Assembly: GCA_002104905.1 (NCBI GenBank)
Contig: MCFE01000199.1
Span: 1 to 64,000, forward strand
DNA: 64,000 nucleotides
Direction of reading: 5' to 3'
DNA from: Basidiobolus meristosporus CBS 931.73
Lineage: Eukaryota; Fungi; Basidiobolomycota
Numbering within the stretch: position 1 is the stretch's first letter; every line of letters starts with the position of its first letter. Positions 35,790 to 50,593 of this stretch are shown piece by piece. The notes below the pieces were generated by a model. The model did no database searches. It was given only the letters and a program-made list of their open reading frames with translations, and had not been told where the DNA came from. Both the position numbers and the translations under genes were made by a program.

Positions 35790-36870
35790 GTATAAGTGTC
35801 AGTAGCCATTAACCATGACACTATATGGTCAGTGGCTAAGACATTGGAAACCCACCTGGAAATGCACCAGGCCAGAAGCTTAGAAGCTCTGGCATATCAT
35901 TCCAGAAATAACAGAGCCCCTCAGAGGGGTGACAAGCTTTTTGGGAATATGCTCAACAATGGAGCTTTTGGTAAATAGGATGAGTACGTAGACCAAGCAG
36001 CAGTAGCCTGCAGAGTTAGAGTACATAATACTACTCAGCAATTGCTTTGTTGAATAGTGTAGGGATGCAAAGCAAGAGTTGCTGGAGATCTCTCACAACC
36101 AAAGCTTCCAGACACTTTGGAATATGCCCTCCATCAGCCAAGTAGATGTCAGCTATGGGAAAAAGATGTCAAGAGGTGGAGGTAAAAGTGCTCAAGAGTG
36201 CAGAGGTGAAGAAGCATATATCTAATAAGACTATGCTGCCAGAGGCACAAACAGCTGGGAACTTTGGGTTACTGAAAACAATACTGAGGAGAAGTTTGAG
36301 CCCCAATGGATAAGACCAATCAAGCTTTTCTGACAATGCCCAGGTGCAATTTATAGGCTAGTGGACAAACAAGGAGATATCAAAGATGTTTGGGCTTAAA
36401 GTTTTCAGACTTAAACCTGCATGATATATTGACAAAGCTGAACCTTCAAGATATTGCCATCATAAGAAAAGAGATTGAGGAGAACCATCTCAGCTTTGGT
36501 AAGAGTGGATCTTATGAGCTACTTCTTATATGCTGAAGTGAGATCAGTTTTCACACAACTCATTAGTAGATGTGCTTAGCCAGTGAGTAAGTTGATTTCA
36601 TCTATCAAATCAGTAGCGCTGGTCAGCAGTTGCATTGGAAGATTTGTAACAGACAAAAAGAGATGTACCAAGTATGATCTATTGGGTGCTGATGATTCAA
36701 TAAGATAGGTCATCAGCCACAGCTTACATTACAAAGTGTGACTAGTCAGCACTTACTCTAGCAAAATGTATTCAAGGAGTGGCTGGAACCTCAGTAGAAC
36801 TAGTATAATTGTCAATTGATACAATGCAACATAAACTCTCTATTTCTCTGCAATTCATAAATATTGCATG
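35790..36870 (+). mobile_element. Degenerate gypsy family C integrase end and 3' LTR
   Basis: DEYVDQAAVACRVRV and KFEPQWIRPIK-like segments match 49680-50060; the following sequence resembles LTR 50226-50593; ends approximate. Confidence 0.65.
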
Positions 36871-37019
36871 TGGTAGAAAGAGCAGCATACCTAGTATTTA
36901 CTACATCAGGAATTGCCATGTATTCTACAAAAGTTAAGTCCACATCTTGAAGGGTCAGATGGCAAGCTGTTTTGTGGGAGGCATTACACAATTTCCAGAA
37001 TCAAGATGCAAGTCCACCT

Positions 37020-40000
37020 TAAAGAAAGTAAATAAATACCAACATGGAATTTGATCAGTATTCTCTAGGATTTGGAGGTAAAGATCCAAGTGACTAAGTT
37101 AGGTAAGTACTTTGGTGGAGTTACAAGCTTTTTACAACAGTCTCACTAAACTAAATACGCACACTGACTAGTCCTAATTTTGATCTAAGATATTCAAACT
37201 TGACTCTAGCTAATGGTTTGGTGAATATGGCTGCAATCATTTCATCTGTAAGACAGTAGACTAAGCTAACAAAGATATTCTCCATAGCTTCATGTATGAG
37301 AAGATGTCTAAAATCTATGTGCGTAGTTCTAGCATGAAAAGTTGGATTTCTACCCAATGGTATGCACCCCAGATTATCTAGAAATAAAGTAATTGGCATT
37401 TGCTAACATAGACCCAAATCTGTAAAAAGCTTTCTTAGCCATATTGCTTCTTCTGTAGCTTCACAGGCTACTATATGCTCTGCCTCTGTGCTAGAAAGTG
37501 CTATGGTTTGTTGCTTTCCTGAATTCCATGAAATTGCTCCTTGTCAATAAAGAAAGGTGTATCCTGTGGTGGATATTCTGTCCACTAAATCTTGTCCCTG
37601 ATCAGCATCAGAGTATCCCAGAAGTGCTTGTTCTGAATCATTTTAGGTGTACCTTGAGCAGATATCAGCATATCCTGAGAGGTATCTAAAAGTCCACCTA
37701 ACTGCTGCAATATGATCAGATCTACAGTTCTGATTTTGCTGGCTAACAACTTCCACTGAATATTAAATATCTGGATGTGATCCAGGCATGATATACATCA
37801 GAAAGATGACCATAGACTGACAAGGAAAGTCAGGGCTTCCAAATGGCACCAGGCCCTTTTGAGTAGGTTGAGTTTTGACCAATTTAATGTTTGTCTTCGT
37901 TAAGGTAGCTGCTGGTTAACAGTCTTCCATACAGTACTTCTCTAGTACATCTTAAATATACCTTGATTGGCTCAGGGAGATAATCTGGGTACTTCTGTCT
38001 ATGAAGATCTTTATCTCTAAGTAGTAACTGAGTTCTCCAAGATTGGGCATCTTCAATTCTTTTGATAGGTTAGATTTAGTCTCATCTAATGTTTCTAGGT
38101 TATTGGCAGCTATAACAAGATCATCCATATATAGGGCCACTAGAACTGGAATTGTCTGATTTGGCTTATAATATACTATAGTCAGCATTACTCCTATCAA
38201 AACCCAAAGACTCTCAATAAGAATCTATATTGCACTTTCAGGCTCTTGCTGATTGTTTGAGTTCATATTGATACTTTTTTAGCTTGCAGACTAAATTAGG
38301 GTTATCTTGGCCAACAAACCCATCAGGCTGGTCCATATGCATGCCCTCATAAATTTCCTCATTCCAATATGCAGTTTTTACATCCATTTTATGTATAGAA
38401 ATCTTAGATTTGGCTACAATAGCCAATATTAATCTGATGCAATTAAAGTTGGCTACCAGTGCAAGGGTCTCAGTATAGTCAAGTCCTTTTGTTTGAGAGT
38501 ATCCTTTGTCCACAAGTCTTGCTTTGTATCTTTCAATTGTACCATCAGCTTTGCATTTGTCTTGTAGACACATCCTCATCCAATTGATTTTTGGTTGATT
38601 GGTAATTTGACCAAGTACCAAGTTCGCTTTTTCATCAGGGCCTGATACTCTTCACTCATTGAAGATCTCCAAAAATATGTCTAAGTGCAATCTACGGCCT
38701 CTTTTACAGCCTGGGGCTCATCAATATGGACTGAATTGGCATAGGCTAGGTTTGTTCCTTCATTGATATAATAATTTGGGCCATTTCTTGTCTGGTTGAA
38801 TCTCCTTGCATTTGATACTGGAATGATCACTTCTGGAATATTCCAGGGCACTGATTCAGGCTGAACCACAGTTGTAGAGCTCTATAGAGTGAAGAGGTTC
38901 TCATTGTTTGGCTCTGATTCAATCCTGATTATTGGCAAACTTGAGATCAGATATATGCCAGCATCAATGTCCTTTTTTATGAAAATTTTGAGTTCTCATC
39001 AAACAATTCATCCCTGGACTTGATCAGCTTCTTTGCTTCAATATTGTAGAGTCAGTATGCACTACCCTCATTGCAGTAGCCCAAAAATATGCATTTTACA
39101 CTTTTTGGCTCAAGTTTTGACTGGTTTCTGGGCAGTTTCTTAGTATATGTTCTACACCCAAAAATTTTTAGATGTTCTGCATTTAGTCTGTATGAACATC
39201 AGGCTTCAAGTGGAGTATATCACAAAGTATACTGCTATTACTCCTATTCATAAGCTACACATCTGTGGCAACTAATTCTGCCCAAAAATCATAGGATAAT
39301 TTTGATCATGGATCATAGATCTTGCAATATCAATTAACAATCTGTTTGCACATTGTGCCACTCCATTTTGCTGTGGGGAGTAGTGTGCATTAGTCTCTTG
39401 CTTTATCCTATGATTTCTTAAGAAGTGGTTGAAGAGTTTTGAGGTATATTCTCCACCATTGTCAAAGTGTATTTTCTTGATATTTGACCAGTTTCTCTCT
39501 CCACCATGGCTTCAATCTCCCTGAGCTTAAACAGAGCTTCTTCCTTTCTTTCCATGAAACAGACCCATGTGTGGCTTGTATTATCATCCATAACAGTAAT
39601 TAACTACTTCATCCCTTCAAGGATTAAGCTTGCAAAGGTCTCCACAGATCTGAGTGATTATATCTGCTACTTTCTTAGTTTTGATCAACACAGAGCTTTT
39701 GAACAGTTGTCTGGCTTTTTTCACATATATACTGGCTTCACATTTCTCCAAACTGGCTGGAAATTTATTTTTTACTCTGGAAACTAGCTGATCTTTGAAC
39801 TTTTTGCACAAAAAATCAAAAGTAATGTGTGCAAATCTCCTGTGACAAAGATTTGGCATTTCTTCACTTAAGTTACCTACATTGGCATCCAGATATGATA
39901 GCATATAGGTCAGTGTTCATCAATTCTGATTTCTCACACCCAAAGCAATATGGGCACCATTTTAATTTGTGATCCTGCATTATGAATTGCCAAAGCTGAG

Positions 40001-41489
40001 ACCAAGTCCTGCTGCTGTGGCCTTGCAACAAATAGTAGGTTCTGGGCTATTTCTGGTACATAGAATACTTCATTGAAGGTACATTTGTGGCTTCCTTCAC
40101 TGCTTTGAGGCTTGCTTGTTCAGCTTGTTCTCCCACTTCATCAAGTGCTCCATCATCACCCATGAGAACCTTCTTGGTTTGAATTTCCTGATTTTAGGTA
40201 AATAGCTCTTCTTGGTATGTAAAGTGTTGAGATGCTCCAGAGTCAGTATACCTCCTCTGAGAATCCTTGTTTGTGGTCATGCTAGGTACAGATATGAGTT
40301 GCTTATCTTCAGTTGCTGGGGTGCTTCATAAATCAGGCTTTTCTGCCAACTAACTCTCTTTTTAAGGCACTGGTCTGATGTGTGTCCTTTCCTTTTGTAG
40401 TAGTTGCAAAACAGGTTGCTGTTGCCTTTAAAGGGTCTGGGATACCTCCTGTGTCTGTTAGCATTGCTTTTCAAAGCATTTTTTCTTCCTTCTTGTTGCC
40501 ACTTGATTTTCTTGATACTTCATCCAAGAGCCTGCAATATACATAATATAATGACAAATCTCCAGTTCTGAGCTCTGGGCTGGCACATGGCCCTGAAGCT
40601 TGTCTGTCAGGCTATTCAGGATGGCAACTGTCACATTCTCATCAGTGACTGGTATGTCAACAGATTCCATCTCATCCACCAGCAAGGTCATTTTTTAATT
40701 AGATTTTTCATTTCTTCTTCTAGCAACATCATGATGGTCAAGAATATTTGTCTAAGACTCAGTTTTGTAACAGCTGAGCATGACTGGTAGGTGTCTTCTA
40801 ATACTTTCCAGGCATTCTTTGCCATTTTGCTCTTGAGCATTGAATGACCAATTTATCTTTACCATTAAGGCATATGCAGTCAAAGGCACCTTGTACTTTC
40901 TTCTAGTACTTCAAGAACTCTTCTCCCATGTTTTAGGGAGGGCAATTTTCTCTCATAACAATATCTCAAAGGTCTCTTTCTTGTGGAAGCATCTTCATCT
41001 TCACCTTCCATACTTGGTAGTTGGATTTTTTCAGCTTTGCACCAGAGGGAAAAATTTCGGTAATGGCAGTAGTGGACATAGCAGAGAGTGACATATTGGG
41101 GCTCATAACCTGCTGGAATAGTCTTGGAGATATTGGAAGTGATTTGGGGAACAAGTATATTATGTGGTTTTCACTTGATGATATTTTGTATGTAAAAGTA
41201 GTATTTATACTCTTAGATGGTCTTGTCAAAACAAGAAGCTAGAATAGGCATAGAAAGGTCCCAAGAACATGTGTGCAGAGTTTGGGGCTGTTTGAACATG
41301 TGTGCACAGCTTGGGGCTGCTTGGACAGCTTTGAGAATTTTCATGTTCTGGGTATCTGATATTTGGGTGAACACATTCCAAGTAAATCCAAACTAGAAGT
41401 CTGGTCAGTATTCTATAGGATTTGAAGGAAAGTATCTAGGTGACTAAGTTAGGTAAGTACTTAGGTGGAATTACAAACTTTTTACCACA
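37020..41489 (-). mobile_element. Degenerate near-full-length copia family A element
   Basis: 5' LTR 41489-41111; PBS 41110-41099; gag-PR-IN-RT-RH colinear with the intact copy but with many stops; 3' LTR starts at 37139 and is lost by about 37020. Confidence 0.92.
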
Positions 41490-44400
41490 GCTCTACGTCT
41501 TTCAAACCATCTGCAAGGTGGCTCCCATTGCTGTTGGCTGGGTAGGAAAGCTTCTTTGACTTTTGCAGCTATTGGTAGTGATATCAACACTTAAAGAGCA
41601 ATAGCTCTTGTAATAGCAGAGAGGTTTAACAGGGGTGTTCCTAAGTAAGCTGAGTAAATGGTCCATAGCATTTAATGCAGATCACCTTTGATGTCTCAAA
41701 AGATATCCAGTGGTGGCAAAGAGATTTATGAGAAGTGGTATTCTGCTCGGTAAGTCATATCAAGATTGGTGAATGATCAGGCACAAGTTGTATGGACTTA
41801 GTGCAATCAGTCTAATGAATCTGATTCTCCATGCATTGTGACTAAATTACCATCATTTGCCATGCATCGCATCATTATGTTGCAAAAAGCATCCCCAAAC
41901 ACTGGCTTAGTGACTTTACTCACAAGTCTATGGTCTGGTAACAAATCTGCAACTGATATACACTGATCTGTGTAAGTGCATATCAAGGCTCATCATGCAT
42001 AATATATACCTAGTTTCAACTTATTGTTAGTACAACCCTGAAAACACTCATTCCCCTGCTCACAAGCACAGTCTAGACCAACCAAATTAATGTGAGATCC
42101 ATATTGTTATTGCCAAATAATCTTAGTATGGCCCAGGCATATCTAAAGAGCCTTCATACAGATATTTAGGCACTGTTGTACCCAAGACAAAAGTGTACCA
42201 AATTCTTGTATGTTTTAGCTGAGCCAAAGGGACAATTAGGTGGAGAATCTTGGAATTGTCAGAGAGTGACTGATTTACTAGCAGAATGATTCTGGTCTAA
42301 TATTAGTTTGGGTACAGCCGGGTTTGGCTACAGAGGCAAAGGGGTTGGTTTGATATGCAGGATAGGCCTGGTGTTCTTGGGAAAGCTAGATAGGATTAGC
42401 CTTGGTAGAAGCTAGAATGGAAGAGTTGATTTCTTAAATTTGCTAAGACACAATCTTATTTCCATAGAGGAGCAAACTAAGCCTAAATATTCAATAAACT
42501 TCATTGATACTTTTCTGATCAAGTTGAACTAGTAGGCACCAGGTGACCTGATCACTTCAAATCAGTTTGAGTGCTGATAGGTCCATAAGATAAATGAAAA
42601 TTTCATCATCAATCAGCCAATGTGTTGTTGGTTGTTGAGTGGTTGGATAGATCTCAGATGCCTAATCACTTGGGAAGGATTGGCAGATAAGTTGATAATA
42701 CAATAGCTGCACAAAAGCTTATCAGGTGTAACAGCTAAATAAAGATTCTGAGGTGGGGTAAATATATTTGGCCAGTGACATCCATCAGAGTGTAGCTTCT
42801 TTACAAGTGTGTCAGTTCCAGAGTTGCCAAGTAAGTGACTCCTCTCTAGCAATGTATTTCTTTCTTCTGCTGGAGGTATTTTCCAAGTTGTGGAATCCAG
42901 TTGAGGAATTATTTTGGTGGATGCAGTAAGCTTACTGATTATGTTAGTATTCATATGTTCCTCCTAAGGTGAAGTTGGAAAAGTCTTGAAAGGTGCTCAA
43001 GCATGATGTTGAGGGCTACAGGGCATTTCATAACTGTATATCAATAATCAAGTAGAGTATTAAGCCATTTGGTAAGCATTAGAGTTAGAGTCTTTTCATT
43101 GTGGATATATATAAGGGCTTAGTAGTCTGTGTACAAGGTAAAGGACTGCCTCAGAAACACAGGCAAAGATTCTTCAAAGAAACAACCATGTAAAGTAGCA
43201 TCCTCTTAGTGGAAGAGTGATTTCTCTTGACAGGTTGTAAGGATCTGACTTAAAAAGATATCCAGTGAGGGGAATCCTGATTATCATCCCAGAAGAGGAC
43301 AGCTCCAAACCCAACATAAAGTTCATCTCTAGAAACAACAAAGGGCTTAGCAATATCTCAGTTGTAGAAGGTGGGTACTCATGGAAGCAGTTGGCAGAGT
43401 GACTTGAGGGCTTGGTTGTAAGTCTTATTCCTGGCTGAGGGGAGATCAGGGCTATGGTGTAATGCATCCAAAGGGGCACTCAATCATGTCATGAGTGATA
43501 TTTGCTCCCTTAAGTAGTTGAATACACCAAGATAATATTAAAGCTAATTAGAGTTAGTGGGGTTTGGCCATTCAAGAATATTGACCAGTTTCAAAGGGCC
43601 TAGCTGGTGGCCAGCTGGTGAGACTATAAATGCTATTAATTTGATTTTGAGGTAAGCAAAGCTGCACTTTTTAGCATTGAGAATCAGTCCAGCAGCTGTT
43701 AGTCTACTGATTACTTCAGTGATAAAAGTGATGATCTTCAGGGTATGAGGAAAACATGATGAAATCATCACAAATACCAAGATAGATGGTGCATTCTTGA
43801 GTATATTAGTCACAACTTGCTGGTAAGAGAGGTTTTCTCAGTGGTATGGGATCCAAACAGGGCCTCTTCAGAGTTAGAAATCCATCAGCATCCTTCTTAG
43901 CTGCAAATGCAAAGGGGCTATTGAATGTTGTGTTGACATGGACTTGAGTGAAAATCCTATTCCCTATGAAAGATAATTTGGATCTGTAGGGGATACAATT
44001 GGGATCAGCTCTCAGGATTCCCCAATTAGTCCCTCATAATGGCAGCAGCTTGAAATTATTGCCCCTCCGCATAATCTGATGATGGAATTGTGACAGCACT
44101 ATGCTGCTTTTGCTGCTAAATTAAGTCAACAACTTGATGCTGTTTAAGAAGTCTTTTGACAAGACTTGCATTGCGTTCCAATGGTTGTAATGTACTCTAC
44201 ATTAGTTACATCTAACCTGACTGGCCAATATAATCAAAGGCCTTATACGGCAAGTGCCTAGTATTCTAAGCTTGCCCTAAGTGGCTAATACTTTATGCAA
44301 GATGGTTCTCTAATACTGTCAGCTGGGAATGAAAGCTTCAAGGACTTTTATTGTTATTGATGGTGGGATGAAATCTTGTAGGGCAAAAGCTCTTGTAATA

Positions 44401-44820
44401 GCAGAGACACTTAACAAGTGATCTCCTTGAGTAGTCTATGATAGATAGCCCACAGTACTTGGCATTGATGTCCTATGAATAGTCACTAAGAATTCTGATT
44501 GTAGTGATGGAATTAATGATTTACAACAATTTAGATGAAGAAGTTAAATTATGACTGGTAAAAGATCAAGTCCGCAATTGGTTGAATCCATATGGGGTAA
44601 CAAGCCCAATATATTTAATACCCCATGCATAGTGATTAAATCTCCATCAATGTCATACATCCTGTATTCTGTTCCAACTATTATCCTTAAATAATGATGG
44701 GATTTTATTGATCCATTGCTCATAGGTTTATATTCAACTAAGTAATCTGCAGCTGATCTGGTCTGATTCATACCCAGGCAATCTGAGTTGAATAAATTTG
44801 ACACCAACATTAATTTCTTG
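41490..44820 (-). mobile_element. Degenerate Ty3/gypsy pol, a different family
   Basis: RT end AGLILNAKKCSFAYLKIKLIAFIVS (43544-43813); integrase zinc-finger-like LLERSHLLGNSGTDTLVKKL..HW (42613-42954); boundaries approximate. Confidence 0.65.
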
Positions 44821-46868
44821 TGTATTACACTTGTTCCATTGAATTGTTACAGGTCTTGAGTAGCTGTTGCTGCTGGGCTAGGATTTGTGGCATAGCATTC
44901 TTTCATTCTTAATTTCTGGACATCTTGAGGGCGGCTTCTTCTTTCTTCCGGAGGAAGGTTTCTGGTTATTGCTGCTACCAATGCTACAAGTCTTGGTATA
45001 ATAGTTGTAGAGGAATAAAGAGTTTAGCTAGTATTGCATTCACTAAAATTTGAACTGATTTTTATTGAGGTTCTAGTAGCTCCTTATTTACATTGGCAGA
45101 TCAGTCACTGACTAATTGTATACCCTAATGTTGGTTGTGGCTGATGACTAAATTGATTGTATCATCATTACCCAATTAGATCCTACTTAATATATCTATT
45201 TCTGTCTGTCAAGGATCTAGGGATTCATCTGCTGATTCATAATACTGACTTGATAGATAACACTGACATACTGATAGGCCATACATATGACTAATTCATT
45301 TGACTAAACATTGATCTAACTTAAACATTCAAGCAGTAGATCTTAAGAGTCTCCCCAACTAAACTTGAGAGGGTTCTCTTGAATCTCTTTTCTTGTGATA
45401 ACAGTATCTCAATGGTTCAGTATTGTTAACAAGCCTTGCAAGCTTGAGTCTGTCTCTATGAACTAAATCTTCCTGAATATTACCTTTTTTATCTACCAGT
45501 TGGTAAGTTGCAAATGGACACTCTCTGATGATCTTGAAAGGTTCTATCCATTGTAGCTCAAACTTCTTCCCATTGTTGTTTCACAGCAATACAAAGTTCC
45601 CAAATGTCAATGCTTCTGGCAACATAGTCTTATCAAATCTCTGCTTCATCTTTTCTGCACTTTGAGATACCTTGGCCTGCGCCTCTTGACATTGTTGTTC
45701 CAGTTGCTAGTGTCTACTTTGCCAACTGAGTTCATCTTCTAAGGTGTCTGTAAGCTTTGGTTATGTGAGATATCCAGGAATCCTTGGTTTACATCCATAC
45801 ACTAAGTAAAATGGCAATGGTTGGGTGGTGTGGTCTACTCTAACTTTGCACGCAAAAAGTGCTGGGCCTGTATGCTCATTCCATCAACTGACAGCTCCAT
45901 TTGCATATTTGGTCAGCATTTTTCCAAATAGTCCACTAAACCACTGAGCAATTCCACTAGTTCTAGGGTGATATGGCAAAGTTTCCAAGTGCTTGATCAG
46001 CTGCATTTCCAGGCAAGCTACCAATATCTTTTCCATAAAGTTTGCTCCAAAATTGAATAAAATCATTACAGGGCATTCTGACTTCATAAGGATCTCTTGG
46101 TAGATGAAACTTGCAACATCTTCTTAACTGGCTATAGCAACAGTTTTAGCCACTAGCCATTTAGGGGCATGGACAATTGCTACAGGGATCCAACAGTTGC
46201 ATTTCCTAGTGGTTGACAGTCTTCCTATAAAGTCAATCCCCCATCTCTCAAATGGTCTTACAGGCTCCAGAGGAAAGAGTTCAGCATTTTCTGTAGGTGG
46301 TCTTGGTTGATTTTGCAATTTGGGCATGTTTTCACCAGCTTCTCAACATCTTGTTTCATTCTGGGCCACCATGCTATGGCTTTCACAAGGCTATAGCCTA
46401 CTTCAATTCCAAGATGCCCACATCCATTGTGTAGCTTATGTATTAAATCCAGGCAAGCAACATAAGGGCAACCAGCAGTAGGGCTTCCATCAAAAATTTT
46501 GTAGAGTCTTTCATCTTGTACCACATATTTGCTAGCTTTACCATGAATTATCTTCTTGATCTCTATGTCCACATCATCAGGAATGGCTAGGTCCTCCAAG
46601 TACTTTGGTAATAGGCTAGGCCAATCTGATTCATGCACCAAGTTGAGTTGTGCCACTTATTCTAGTCTTGAAAAGCCATCAGCAATCTTGTTGTTTTTCC
46701 CAGGCAGCAGACAATCCCCAAGTCAAGTTGCCAAACAAAATCACTCCATCTTGTCATTCTTCTGGATAGCACCTTGTTGGTAAATATATACCTGAATAAG
46801 GCATGATTTGTTTTCACAGTGCACTTGATACCTTCAAAGTAGTGTCTCCAGGTCTTCAAGTAGTGAAT

Positions 46869-49800
46869 TGTTATGCTTTACTGCTTGAATATTTAAGTTA
46901 GGTCAGTTTTTAGTCAAATCAATTAGTTATATGCTTAGCCTATCAGAATATCAGTATTATCTATCAAATCAATAGCATTAGTCAGCAAATGAATCAGCAG
47001 ATCCTTATCAGACAGAAATAGATGTATTAAGTAGGATCTTATTGGAGATGATGATGCAATCAAATGAGTCATCAGTCACAGCCTACATTAGGAAGTACAA
47101 TTAGTCAGCAATTGATCTGGCAAAATGTACACAAGGAGCTGCTGGAACCTCAATAAAAATCAGTTCAAGTTTTAGTGAATAAAATACCAGCTAAACTCCG
47201 TATTCCTCTAAAACCTTTATATCAAAACTTGTAACATTGGTTTTAGCAATATCCAGAAACCTTCCTCCCAAAGAAAGAAGAAGCTCCCCTCAAGATGTCC
47301 AAAAATCAAGAATGAAGAATGCTATGCAACAAATCCTGGCCCAGCAGCAACAGTTACTACAGATCCTTAGCCAGCAGCACAAGGAATGACCACCATGGCC
47401 CAAAGCCAGCAAAACCCTTTCAAGAGCAACTTTAGTGCGAAGGTCAAACAGTGCTATGGTAGAGTCAATGAAAACCAGGGAAATTGGCTCTTACAGATTG
47501 AAGAAGTTTTCAAGGCTAAGGGAAATGGTCCAGAAAGCAAGTTACATTATGCAGCCTTTTACCTAGCAGATGCAGCTTTACAGTGGTACCACAACAAGAT
47601 CAGATCAGCCACTCTGATGGGGTGCTCTACAATCTCTACCTGGGATGAGTTTGTATTGGAAATTCAGGATGCCTTTGAACCCCCAAACCAACAGACACTA
47701 TTAATAAGAAAGTTGAAGACATTCAGACAGAAAGGAATGGTCCAAGAGTACTTCTATAAATATAGATATCCACTGGGACAAGCAGAAAGAATAGGCCCTC
47801 TGAATCAAGTTGAATACCTCATTGATGAGTTGAAAGAAATAACTTGTAAGGAAGTGAGTTATCAAAGACCTCAGCCTATTGAAGAAGCCATCAAGATTGC
47901 CATTGACTGTGACTCAGCTATGTTTGGAGTTGGAAGCCCACAATGACTAATCAGAGATGCTATGAAAGAAGACAATCAGAAGCAGTGCCTATGCAAATAG
48001 ATGCTATGCAGAAGAATCCTACCTCAGAAGAATGTAAGAAGAAAGGACTTTGCTTTAATTGCCACCAGCAGGGACATATTGCAAAGTACTGCCCTCAGAG
48101 AAGAAATGGACACCGCTATCCAGAGCATTTAACCATATTGAAGCCCTGGAGCATAATAACATGGAGGATGAACTTGAAGAAGACTCAGAACACACCTTCC
48201 ATATGACAGAAGAATACCCATCCCAGGTGACTTCAATCTCAGGAAAGCTACCCAAGTGTGACTTCTTCAAGGAGCCCGTTGAATATCTGGAACACATAGT
48301 GACTAGCACAGGAGTAACCTTTGACCCTAAGAGGGTTGAAGTTATCAAGAATCTGAAGCAGCCCCAGAGCATAGCAGAACTCAGATCACTCCTTGGAATG
48401 GTCTCCTATTATTGAAGATTTGTCAAGTCCTTTGCAAGTATTGCAGGCCCTTTAACTGATATCCTCAAGAAAGACAATGCCTACAAGTGCAACATAGTTT
48501 GTGAGACTACCTCTCAGACACTCAAGAATGAACTTGCTAAGCTACCAAGCTTAAGAATCCCAGACTTCAGGAAAGAGCTTACTCTGTGCACAGATGCTTC
48601 AGAATATGCAATTGGCAGAGTGCTGAGCCAAGAACACAAGGAAAAGAACTAGCCAGTTGCCTCTGAATTCAAGAAACTGAACTCAGCAGGACAAAACTAT
48701 TCAGTGCATGAGAAGGATATGCTTACTATAATACACTGCTTGAAGACATGGAGATGCTATATTGAAGGAGTCATATGCCCTGTGAAGATTGATCATGCCT
48801 CCCTCAACTATGTATTTACTCAGAAAGTACTTTCTAGAGGAATGACCAGATGGAGTGAATACATTCAGCAATTTGATTTGGAGATTATTTACTGCCCTGG
48901 GAAAAACAACACAGTTGCTGATGCCTTATCAAGATTAGAACAAGTTGCAAAACTCAACTTGGGGCATGAATCAGATTGGCCTAGCCTATTACAAAAGTAC
49001 TTGGAGGACCAAGCCATTCCTAATGAAGGTAGGTGAAGATATCAAGATAATCTGGGATGAAGCCAGCAAATTTGTAGTGCAGGATGAAACAATCTAACAT
49101 ATTGCAGATGGAAGCCCTATTGCCTATTGCCCTTATGTTGCTTGCCTGGATTTAATACATATGCTGACAATGAATATGGACATCTTGGAATTGAAGGAAC
49201 CTATGGCCTTGTGAACACCAGAGCATGGTGCCCAGCATCAAACATGTCATTGAGAAGCTAGTGAAAACATGCCCACATTGCCAAATCAACCAAGCCCAAC
49301 CACAGAGAATTGCAGAACTTTTTCCCTTGGAGCCTGTAACACCACTTGAAACATGGGGAATTGACTTTATTTGAAGACTTTCAACTACCAGTAGCAGTTG
49401 ACTATGCAACCAAATGGCCAGTTGCTAAAGCTATACCTATAACCAGTGAACAAGAAGTTTCAGGTTACATCTACCATGATATCCTTATGAAGTTTGGATA
49501 CCTTGTAGAGATTCTATCTAATAGAGGTGCAATACTTATGTCAAAGATATTGGAAGCTTACCTGGAAATGCAGTAGATTAAACACTTGAAAACTCTAGCC
49601 CATTACTCCAGAACTAATGGAGTCACTGAGCAGTTTAATGGATTAATTAGAAAAATGCTGACCAAGTATGCAAACGGAGTTGTCAGTAGATGGGATGAGT
49701 ATATAGACCAAGCAGTCTTTGCAAGCAGAGCCATAGTATAGAACACCACCCAACAATTGCTGTTTTACTTAGTGTATGGAAGTGAAACAAGGACTCCAGG

Positions 49801-50593
49801 AGATCTCACACAACCAAAGCTTACAGACACCTTAGAGTATGAACTCAGTCAGCCAATTAAACACCAGCAGCTGGAACAAAGATGTCAAGAGGCACAGACC
49901 AAAGTGTCTCAAAGTGCAGAAAAGATGGAGCAGAGATTTGATAAGACTCTAGCACTAGAAGCATTGAAAGTTGGGAACTTTGTATTGCTAAGAAATAACA
50001 CTTGGAAGAAGTTTGAGCCATAATGAACAGGACTATTCAAGATCATTGGAGAATGTCCATTTGCAGCTTACCAACTAGTGGACAAACAAGGCAATAACTG
50101 GGAAGACTTGGTGCATAGGGACAGATTCAAGCTTGCACGACTTGCTGATAATACTGAACCATCAAGATATTGGTATCACAAGAAAAGAGTTTCAGGAGAA
50201 CCCTCTCAGCTTTAGTAGGGGAAAATGTTATAATCTACTACTTGAACATTTAAGTTGGATCAGTTTTTGGTCAAATCAATTAGTTATATGTTTAGCCTAT
50301 CAGTACATTAATATTATCTATCAAATCAAAAGCATTAGTCAGCAAATGAATCAGCGGATCCTTATCAGACAGAAATAGACATATGCAGTAGGATCTTGTT
50401 GGGGATGATGATGCAATCAAATGAGTCATCAGCCACAGCCTACATTAGGAAATACAATTAGTCAGCAATTGATCTGGCAAAATGCATATAAGGAACTGCT
50501 GGAACCTCAATAAAAATCAGTTCAAGTTTTAGTGACTGCAATACCAGCTAAACTCTTTATTCCTCTACAACTCTTATATCAAGACTTGTAACA
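46869..50593 (+). mobile_element. Nested gypsy family C element lacking protease and most of RT
   Basis: LTRs 46869-47236 and 50226-50593; gag 47386-47946 plus CFNCHQQGHIAKYC; RH, IN and PPT AGTAGGGGAAAA; imperfect 4-bp TSD GAAT/GTAT inside the host RNase H. Confidence 0.9.

Noticed and set aside
37015-41494. Target-site duplication for the degenerate copia A copy
   Set aside because: The 3' LTR is truncated, so the outer boundary and TSD cannot be recovered.
50040-50225. Chromodomain or env-like ORF after the gypsy integrase
   Set aside because: Only the usual post-integrase W.GP[FY]-type segment is present, followed closely by the PPT.
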